Assembly (NCBI GenBank): GCA_035447065.1
Contig: DAOTGJ010000004.1
Location: 12,231-76,230, forward strand
Source of the DNA: Candidatus Krumholzibacteriia bacterium
Lineage (GTDB): Bacteria > Krumholzibacteriota > Krumholzibacteriia > LZORAL124-64-63
Direction of reading: 5' to 3'
DNA length: 64,000 nt
A program made the translations under genes and the position numbers. Under the pieces are notes generated by a model. It saw only the letters and a list, made by a program, of their open reading frames with translations. It was not told the origin of the DNA and ran no database searches. Shown here piece after piece: positions 57,543-64,000 of the stretch. Each line of letters starts with the position of its first letter. Position 1 is the first letter of the stretch.

Positions 57543-57619
57543 AAGCCGCCCTCCGGTTTTTCCACGGCGGGGAGCATACACCCGAACGGGCCGCTTGGCC
57601 ACCCCCCGCATCCCGCGGG

Positions 57620-58615
57620 TCAGGCGCGGCGATCGGCGTCGTCGTAGCCCCGCGGGTGGGCGGTGTGCCAGGCCCAGGCGTCGGCCACCACGGTGTCCAC
57701 GTCGCTGCGGCGGGGGCGCCAGCCCAGGAGCTCCGCGGCGCGGCCGTTGGCGGCCACCAGGCGGGCCGGGTCGCCTGCGCGGCGCGGGGCCACGGGCGGG
57801 TCCAGGGGTCGGCCGGTGACGCGGGCCGCGGCGTCCACGATCTCGCGCACCGACGTGCCGTCGCCCGTGCCCAGGTTCAGGGCCGTGAAGCCGGGCGTCG
57901 CCGCCCACTCCACGGCGCGCAGATGGGCGTCGGCCAGGTCCGACACGTGGATGTAGTCGCGGATGCAGGTGCCGTCGGGAGTGGGGAAATCGTCGCCGAA
58001 GATGCGGAAGCCCACCGCCGGATCCAGCAGCGAGCGCAGCAGGCGCGGAATGAGGTGGGTCTCGGGGTCGTGGTCCTCCCCCAGCGGGCCGTCCGCACCG
58101 CAGGCGTTGAAGTAGCGCAGGGCCACGGCCGCCACGCCCGCCTGATCCGCCACCGCGGCCAGGGCGCGCTCCACCGCCAGCTTGGTCTCGCCGTAGGGGT
58201 TCACCGGCGCCGTGGGCGCCGATTCCAGGATGGGCACGTCCTCCGGCTCCCCGTACACCGCCGCGGTGCTGGAGAACACGAAGCGCTCCACCCCCGCCGC
58301 GCTCACCGCGCGCAGCAGGTTCAGGCCGCCGCCCACGTTGTTGCGCCAGTACTTCAGCGGGTCGGTCACCGACTCGCCCACCAGGCTGAAGGCCGCGAAA
58401 TGCACCACCGCCCGGAAGCCGCCGCGGGCGAGCACGTCCGTGGTGAACGCCTCGTCCAGCAGGCTGCCCCGGTGCAGGACCGCCTCGGGGGGCAGGGCCG
58501 CGGGATGGCCGGTGCTGAAGTCGTCCAGCACCTCCACCTCATGGCCGGCGGCCAGCAGCCGCCGCGCCGTCACGCTGCCGATGTAGCCGGCGCCGCCGGT
58601 GACCAGGATCCTCAT
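57620..58615 (-). CDS. galE: UDP-glucose 4-epimerase
   Basis: MRILVTGGAGYIGS Rossmann motif, catalytic YGETK, ..FNACGA.. The true start at 58615 overlaps the uvrA stop (ATGA). The track ORF over-extends through uvrA. Confidence 0.9.
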   Translation of the reverse strand: MRILVTGGAGYIGSVTARRLLAAGHEVEVLDDFSTGHPAALPPEAVLHRGSLLDEAFTTDVLARGGFRAVVHFAAFSLVGESVTDPLKYWRNNVGGGLNLLRAVSAAGVERFVFSSTAAVYGEPEDVPILESAPTAPVNPYGETKLAVERALAAVADQAGVAAVALRYFNACGADGPLGEDHDPETHLIPRLLRSLLDPAVGFRIFGDDFPTPDGTCIRDYIHVSDLADAHLRAVEWAATPGFTALNLGTGDGTSVREIVDAAARVTGRPLDPPVAPRRAGDPARLVAANGRAAELLGWRPRRSDVDTVVADAWAWHTAHPRGYDDADRRA

Positions 58616-61389
58616 GTCGCGTTCCTTTCCGCCCGGAAGTACGCCGCCAGATGGCGGCCGGTGGGGCCCGCGGCGCCCTCGGCCACCTGCCGCGGCGTGC
58701 CCTGGGCCACCAGGCGCCCGCCGGCGTCGCCGCCGCCCGGCCCCAGGTCCACCACCCAATCCGCGCGGGCGATCAGGTCCAGGTTGTGCTCGATGACCAC
58801 CACGCTGTGGCCGGCGTCCACCAGCTCGTTGAGCACGCCCACGAGCTGGGCCACGTCGTGCACGTGCAGGCCGGTGGTGGGCTCGTCCAGCAGGTAGAGG
58901 TTGCGCTTCCCGCCGGGCGACGCCAGCTCGCGCGCGATCTTCAGGCGCTGGCTCTCCCCGCCCGAGAGCGTGGTGGCCGACTGCCCCAGGGTCAGGTAGC
59001 CCAGTCCCACCTTGCGCAGGATCCAGAGCCGGTCGCGCACCGCGTTGGCGTCGCGGAAGAAGGCCAGGGCCTCCTCGATGGTCAGGTCCAGCACCTGGGC
59101 GATGGTGCGTCCGCGCAGCCGCACCTCCAGGGTGGCCGGGTTGAAGCGCGTGGCCCCGCACACGTCGCAGGGCACGCTGATGTCGGCCATGAAGTGCATC
59201 TCCACGCGGTGCTCGCCCAGGCCCTGGCATTCCGGGCAGCGGCCGCCGGCGGTGTTGAAGCTGAAGCGGCCGGCGTCGTAGCCGCGGGCGCGCGCCTCGG
59301 GCGTGGCGGCGAAGAGCTCGCGGATGGGGCCCAGCACGCCCAGGTAGGTGGCCGGGTTGGAGCGGCTGCTCTTGCCGATGGGGGTCTGGTCCACCCGCAC
59401 CACCTTGTCCACCCAGCCCGCGCCCTGGAAGCCCGTGAACGGCTTGCCTCGCTCCGGGCCGCCGGCCTCGCGGCCGGTGAGGCCGTCGTGCAGGCAGTCG
59501 TTCATCAGCGTGCTCTTGCCGGACCCGGAGAGGCCCGTGAGGCAGACCAGCCGTTCCAGCGGGATGCTCACGTCCAGGTTGCGCAGGTTGTGGCGGCGGG
59601 CGCCCTTGACCGTCAGCACGTGGTCCGCCTTGGCCTTGCGCGGCGCGCGTTCGGGCAGGCGGCGGCGGCCGGTGAGGTAGTCGGCGGTGAGGGTGTCCAC
59701 GTCGCCGCGCAGGCCCGCCACGGGGCCCTGGTAGACCACCTCGCCGCCGTGGGTGCCGGCGGCGGGCCCCAGCTCCACCATGTGGTGGGCGTGGGCCAGG
59801 ACCTCCAGGTCGTGCTCCACCACCACCACCGTGTTGCCCAGCTCCACCAGGTCCTGCAGGGTGCCGATGAGGCGCTGCACGTCGTCGGGGTGCAGGCCGC
59901 TGGTGGGCTCGTCCAGCACGTAGAGGGTGTCCACCAGCCGGCTGCCCAGGGCGTTGGCCAGGTGGATGCGCTGGGCCTCGCCGCCGGACAGGGTGCGCGT
60001 GAGGCGGTCCAGGGTGAGGTAGCCCAGCCCCACCTTCTCCAGGAACGTGAGGCGGTGGAGCACGTCCTCCAGCACGTCGCCGGCGGCGGCGCGGTCCGCC
60101 TGGCTCAGGCGCAGGCCGTCCATGCGCGACAGGCCGTCGCGCACGCTCAGGCGCGAGATCTGGCCCAGGTCCAGGGTCCCCACCTTCACGGCCAGGGCCT
60201 CGGTGCGCAGGCGGCTGCCGCCGCAGGTGCGGCAGGTGGTGTCGCCCATGAAGCGGCGGGTGAAGAAGCGGTGGTGCGCCTTCTTCATCTCCGCGCGCAT
60301 GTCCTCCAGGAAGGGGATCGGCCCCACGTACTTGCCCTCGCGGGACTCCAGCACCTGCCGGCGCTGGGCGTCGGTCAGCTTGCGCCAGGACCTGTCCATG
60401 GGGATGCCCTTGGCCTTGCAGAAGCGGGCCATGGACGTGGCGGCGTGGGCGAAGGTGTCGGTGCGCCACGGCTTGATGGCGCCTTCGAGCAGGGAGAGCC
60501 CGTCGTCCGGGACGATCTTCTCCTCGTCGAACTCCAGCCGGTTGCCGAACCCGTTGCAGTCCGGGCAGGCGCCGTGAGGCGAGTTGAAGGAGAAGAGGTG
60601 GGGCGTGGGTTCGGGGAACACGCGGCCGCAGCCGTTGCAGGCGCGGCGGTTGGAAAACGCCAGCCGATCCGCCTCGCGCCGCAGCACCACGCGCCCGCCG
60701 CTCTGCTGGAAGGCCAGCTCCACGGCCTCGGCGAAGCGCGCACGGGCCTTGGCCTGCAGGCGCAGGCGGTCCACCACCACGTCCACGGCGGCGCCGGCGG
60801 CGGGGGCCGGCGGCTCCGCGTCGTCCAGGCGCAGCACCTCCCCGTCCACCACCGCGCGCTGGAAGCCCTGGGCCAGCAGGCTGTCGGCCCAGCCGGGCGC
60901 GGCGCCCTCCGGCGGCAGGTCCAGGGGATGGCAGATCAGCACGGCGTCGTCCTCGCCCCAGGCGGATCGCACGGCCTTCCAGACGCTGGCGGGCGTCTCC
61001 GGCTCCACGCGCTCGTTGCAGGCCGGGCAGACGGTGCGGCCCACGCGGGAGAAGAGCACGCGCAGGTAGTCGTTGATCTCAGTCACGGTGCCCACGGTGC
61101 TGCGGCCGCTGCGGGCGGCGTTGCGCTGCTCGATGGCGATGGACGGGCCGATGCCGTCCACCCAGTCCAGGTCCGGCTTGGGCATGCGGTCCAGGAACTG
61201 GCGCGCGTAGGTGGACAGGCTCTCCACGTAGCTGCGCTGGCCCTCGGCGTAGAGGGTGTCGAAGACCAGCGACGACTTGCCCGAGCCGGACAGCCCCGAC
61301 ACGGCCGTGAGCCGGTTGCGCGGGATGTCCACGTCCACGGACTTCAGGTTGTGCTGGCGTGCGCCGCGGATGCGGATGGCGTCGTCCAT
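58612..61389 (-). CDS. uvrA: excinuclease ABC subunit A
   Basis: MDDAIRIRGARQHNLKSVDVDIPRNRLTAVSGLSGSGKSSL, two ABC ATPase modules, zinc fingers (CNGCG, CPDCNGFG, CPECQGLG). The start was trimmed to the ATG at 61389 with a GAGGGAG RBS. 925 aa. Confidence 0.95.
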   Translation of the reverse strand: MDDAIRIRGARQHNLKSVDVDIPRNRLTAVSGLSGSGKSSLVFDTLYAEGQRSYVESLSTYARQFLDRMPKPDLDWVDGIGPSIAIEQRNAARSGRSTVGTVTEINDYLRVLFSRVGRTVCPACNERVEPETPASVWKAVRSAWGEDDAVLICHPLDLPPEGAAPGWADSLLAQGFQRAVVDGEVLRLDDAEPPAPAAGAAVDVVVDRLRLQAKARARFAEAVELAFQQSGGRVVLRREADRLAFSNRRACNGCGRVFPEPTPHLFSFNSPHGACPDCNGFGNRLEFDEEKIVPDDGLSLLEGAIKPWRTDTFAHAATSMARFCKAKGIPMDRSWRKLTDAQRRQVLESREGKYVGPIPFLEDMRAEMKKAHHRFFTRRFMGDTTCRTCGGSRLRTEALAVKVGTLDLGQISRLSVRDGLSRMDGLRLSQADRAAAGDVLEDVLHRLTFLEKVGLGYLTLDRLTRTLSGGEAQRIHLANALGSRLVDTLYVLDEPTSGLHPDDVQRLIGTLQDLVELGNTVVVVEHDLEVLAHAHHMVELGPAAGTHGGEVVYQGPVAGLRGDVDTLTADYLTGRRRLPERAPRKAKADHVLTVKGARRHNLRNLDVSIPLERLVCLTGLSGSGKSTLMNDCLHDGLTGREAGGPERGKPFTGFQGAGWVDKVVRVDQTPIGKSSRSNPATYLGVLGPIRELFAATPEARARGYDAGRFSFNTAGGRCPECQGLGEHRVEMHFMADISVPCDVCGATRFNPATLEVRLRGRTIAQVLDLTIEEALAFFRDANAVRDRLWILRKVGLGYLTLGQSATTLSGGESQRLKIARELASPGGKRNLYLLDEPTTGLHVHDVAQLVGVLNELVDAGHSVVVIEHNLDLIARADWVVDLGPGGGDAGGRLVAQGTPRQVAEGAAGPTGRHLAAYFRAERNAT

Positions 61390-61520
61390 CGGGCTCCCTC
61401 TGGGTGGCAGGTCGCAGGCGATCGCTGCGACCGTCCAAGGTCGCACACTTTCGCCCACCCCACAAGGGGGTTACCATGGACCGGTCCGCAGCATCCCCCC
61501 GTCCCGTTCGGAGGCCGCCA

Positions 61521-62306
61521 ATGTCCCTGCCCCACACCGAGGCCCTGCTCCGCACCATCCACACCCTGCGCTCCCCCGGGGGCTGTCCCTGGGACATCAA
61601 GCAGACCCTGCCGGACGCGGCGCGCTACCTCATCGACGAGGGCGGCGAGCTGCTGGAGGCCGCGCTGGCGGGCGACCGGGAGCACGTGACGGAGGAGCTG
61701 GGGGACCTGCTGTTCATGGTGGCCTTCTGCTGCCGCATCCACCAGGAGACGGCCCCCGCGGACTTCGAGGCGGTGGCGCGCACGGGCAACGAGAAGCTGA
61801 TCCGCCGCCACCCCCACGTCTTCGGCGACGTGGATGCTCAGGACCAGGCCCAGAGCCAGGTGCACTGGAACGCCATCAAGGCCCAGGAGAAGGCGGCCAA
61901 GGGCGTGGTGGAGGAGCCCACGGTGCTGAAGGACCTGCCCGCGTCCAGCTCGCCCCTGCGCCAGGCCCACGTGTACCAGAAGAACGCCGCGGAGGTGGGG
62001 TTCGACTGGCCCGACGTGGCCGGCGTGAAGGCCAAGCTGCTGGAGGAGCTGGAGGAGCTGGAGGAGGCCCGCGCCGCCGGCGACGCCGAGGCCCTGCGCC
62101 ACGAGGTGGGCGACCTGCTGCTGGCCGCCGTCAACCTGGCCCGCCGCGTGGGCGTGGAGGCCGACGACGCCCTGCGCCTGGCCAACCGGCGCTTCCGCAC
62201 CCGCTTCCGCCACGTGGAGCGCGCCTACCCCGACCACGAGGCCATGAAGGCCGCGCCGCTGGACGAGCTGGAAGGGCACTGGCAGGAGGCGAAGAGGGCC
62301 GAGTAG
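61521..62306 (+). CDS. mazG: nucleoside triphosphate pyrophosphohydrolase MazG
   Basis: Two MazG EEXX(E/D) modules (..LIDEGGELLEAALAGDREHVTEELGDLLF.. and ..LLEELEELEEA..EVGDLLLAAVNLAR..). The ATG at 61521 is preceded by GGAGG. The track start at 61359 is probably over-extended. Confidence 0.85.
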   Translation: MSLPHTEALLRTIHTLRSPGGCPWDIKQTLPDAARYLIDEGGELLEAALAGDREHVTEELGDLLFMVAFCCRIHQETAPADFEAVARTGNEKLIRRHPHVFGDVDAQDQAQSQVHWNAIKAQEKAAKGVVEEPTVLKDLPASSSPLRQAHVYQKNAAEVGFDWPDVAGVKAKLLEELEELEEARAAGDAEALRHEVGDLLLAAVNLARRVGVEADDALRLANRRFRTRFRHVERAYPDHEAMKAAPLDELEGHWQEAKRAE

Positions 62307-62345
62307 TCCGGAGCGACGACGAGCGGCGCGAAGCCCTCCGCGACC

Positions 62346-63875
62346 TCAGGACGAGGGTCGGGAGGGCTTCTTCGCAGGGGTCTGGGCCGGGACCGGTGTC
62401 TGGGACGGACCCGGGGACGGCTCCGTCGCGGGAGCGGAGGGGGGATCGGGGCAGCCGTCGTCGTCATCGACGCCGTCGTAGTCCTCGGCCTCGTTCGGGC
62501 AGGCGTCCAGGGCGTCGGGGATGCCGTCCAGGTCGTTGTCCAGGTCGGGGCAGCCGTCCTCGTCGCGGTAGCCGTCGAAGTCCTCGGGCTCGTCGGGGCA
62601 CGCGTCGTCGGCGTCGATGATGCCGTCGCCGTCGCGGTCCGGGGTCTCCTCCGGGCAGCCGTCGTCGTCCTCGTGGCCGTCGAAGTCCTCGGGCGTGTCG
62701 GGACAGGCGTCGCGCACGTCGGGGATGCCGTCGCCGTCGTTGTCGGGGTCGGGCAGGCCGTCGTCGTCCAGGTAGCCGTCGTGGTCCTCGGGGGCGTCGG
62801 GGGCCAGGTCGTAGGCGTCGGGGATGCCGTCCTCGTCGTTGTCGGGGTCGGGGCAGCCGTCGTCGTCGCGGAAGCCGTCGACGTCCTCGGGAGCGTCGGG
62901 GCAAGGGTCCAGGCGGTCGGGGATGCCGTCGCGGTCGCGGTCGCCGGCCGACACGGAGAAGCTCCAGCTCACGCCGGCGCTCAGCAGCATGTCGGGCATG
63001 GCGGGGCGGAAGGCGGTGGACGGATCGTCGAGCTGCAGGGGGACGTCGTAGGCCAGCGTGACCGCGGGGCCGGTCTCCCCGCCCCAGCGCAGGCCGCCGG
63101 TGAGAAACTCGGGCTGCTCGCGCGGGGCCGCCACGGCCTCGTCGTACACGTGACGCGTCCATTCCAGGAAGAGGCGCGCATCGCCGCGGCGGAACTCCAG
63201 GGCGACGCCCAGGACCAGGGGATCGTTGTCGCCGGCGTCGCCGCCGGCGGGCACCGCGGGATAGAGCAGGGGCCAGTCCTCCAGCACGTCGCCGCGCACG
63301 CCGCCCCGGCCGGCGTCGGCGGGCAGGGTCCAGCGGCCGGCGCGCAGGTGCACGCGCATCTCGGGGGCGGGACCGTCGGTCCAGGCGCGGGCGGTGAAGG
63401 CCAGGCCCGCGTAGCGCCGGGCGGCGCCGTCGCCCAGGCCGGCCGCCTCGTCGCCGGTGGGCAACGTAGCGCGCAGGTCCAGCGCCGCGCCCAGCCAGCT
63501 CGACGGCCGCCACGGCGTGAGCAGCAGGCCCACCTCCACATCGCCCGGGCCGGAGCGCGACGCGGGCTCCAGGCCCAGCTCGTCCAGCCCCGACAGCCCG
63601 AGCCAGGGCAGCCGCGCGCTCAGCCGCACCTCCGGACGCCAGCCCCAGGCCGCCGTCAGGGCCGTCTCGCGGCGGTCCGTGAACTGGTAGGTCTCGTCCG
63701 GGCTCCAATCGGTGGACGAGAGCGTGGTCTCCACGCCCAGCAGCAGCAGGCCCGGCGGCGGCGGCAGCGCCGACTCCTGCCGATGCAGACGGCTGGCGCG
63801 CTCCACGTCGCGCGCAACGGCGGGGAGTGCCAGCAGGGCCGCCAGGGCCGCGATGCCCAGGAACCTAGGCCTCAT
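62346..63875 (-). CDS. outer membrane protein with C-terminal thrombospondin type-3 (TSP3) calcium-binding repeats and a Pro-rich tail
   Basis: Signal peptide MRPRFLGIAALAALLALPAVA. The ~300-aa N-terminal region is beta-rich. It is followed by at least 7 tandem DxDxDGxxDxxDxCP-type repeats (DRDGIPDRLDPCPD, DEDGIPDAYDLAPD, DGDGIPDVRDACPD ...), then PSAPATEPSPGPSQTPVPAQTPAKKPSRPSS. No OmpA-like C-terminal peptidoglycan-binding domain is present. Confidence 0.7.
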   Translation of the reverse strand: MRPRFLGIAALAALLALPAVARDVERASRLHRQESALPPPPGLLLLGVETTLSSTDWSPDETYQFTDRRETALTAAWGWRPEVRLSARLPWLGLSGLDELGLEPASRSGPGDVEVGLLLTPWRPSSWLGAALDLRATLPTGDEAAGLGDGAARRYAGLAFTARAWTDGPAPEMRVHLRAGRWTLPADAGRGGVRGDVLEDWPLLYPAVPAGGDAGDNDPLVLGVALEFRRGDARLFLEWTRHVYDEAVAAPREQPEFLTGGLRWGGETGPAVTLAYDVPLQLDDPSTAFRPAMPDMLLSAGVSWSFSVSAGDRDRDGIPDRLDPCPDAPEDVDGFRDDDGCPDPDNDEDGIPDAYDLAPDAPEDHDGYLDDDGLPDPDNDGDGIPDVRDACPDTPEDFDGHEDDDGCPEETPDRDGDGIIDADDACPDEPEDFDGYRDEDGCPDLDNDLDGIPDALDACPNEAEDYDGVDDDDGCPDPPSAPATEPSPGPSQTPVPAQTPAKKPSRPSS

Positions 63876-64000
63876 CCCGCTCCGCTTCCGGAGCGGCGGC
63901 GTCCGCGGGCGCGGCGGCGTCCTTGCGGCGCTCGTCGGCGTAGTTGAGCTGCAGCTCCATGACCACGCGGTCCAGGTGCGTGGTGATCTCCGGGGCCAGG
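63866..64000 (-). CDS. hypothetical protein, C-terminal fragment (5' part outside the window)
   Basis: Reverse-strand reading frame with strong GC3 bias: ..LAPEITTHLDRVVMELQLNYADERRKDAAAPADAAAPEAERDEA*. The stop overlaps the start of the TSP3 gene. Confidence 0.4.

Noticed and set aside
57620-60469. 949-aa minus-strand ORF
   Set aside because: This is the galE frame extended 5' through uvrA. GalE homology begins at MRILVTGGAGYIGS (58615), and UvrA occupies another frame.
58651-61689. 1012-aa plus-strand ORF
   Set aside because: Antisense to uvrA. Its 3' end also overlaps mazG out of frame.
62450-62950. Tandem ~45-nt DNA repeats that could be mistaken for a CRISPR or minisatellite array
   Set aside because: The repeats are in-frame and encode the thrombospondin type-3 DxDxDG modules of the OMP. 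There are no spacer-like unique segments and no cas genes.

Overview
This is a bacterial chromosomal segment with about 72% GC and densely packed housekeeping genes. Nearly all genes from about 20.9 kb to 61.4 kb are on the minus strand.

I support about 50 CDS, the RNase P RNA, four standard tRNAs (Val-CAC, Met-CAT, Thr-CGT, Phe-GAA) and a selenocysteine tRNA (selC, anticodon UCA). The tRNAs, selC and the RNase P RNA are not in the ORF track.

Recognisable blocks in window order: mutA/mutB, gatCAB, a secreted M1 aminopeptidase with a FlgD-Ig/T9SS-like tail, pcrA, an Omp85/TamB cluster, the conserved rpsB-tsf-pyrH-frr-uppS-cdsA-dxr-rseP supercluster, rpsI-rplM, mtnA-maf-dtd, relA/spoT, recJ, rnhA, dnaG-rpoD, mutS2, the lepA-lepB-hemW-hrcA-grpE-dnaJ block, glmS-glmM, galE, uvrA, mazG, and an outer membrane protein carrying thrombospondin type-3 calcium-binding repeats.

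The most unusual locus is the Omp85/TamB cluster at 11.4-20.4 kb. It sits where proteobacteria have bamA after rseP. It holds a BamA/TamA-like protein, a TamB-like protein, and a second Omp85 barrel paralog whose periplasmic part is a putative HExxH metallopeptidase-like domain plus a TolB-like beta-propeller instead of POTRA domains.

Many long ORFs in the six-frame track are high-GC antisense or off-frame artefacts, or N-terminal over-extensions. I trimmed true starts using conserved N-termini and RBS positions. Several starts appear to be GTG or TTG. No CRISPR array or mobile element was seen.
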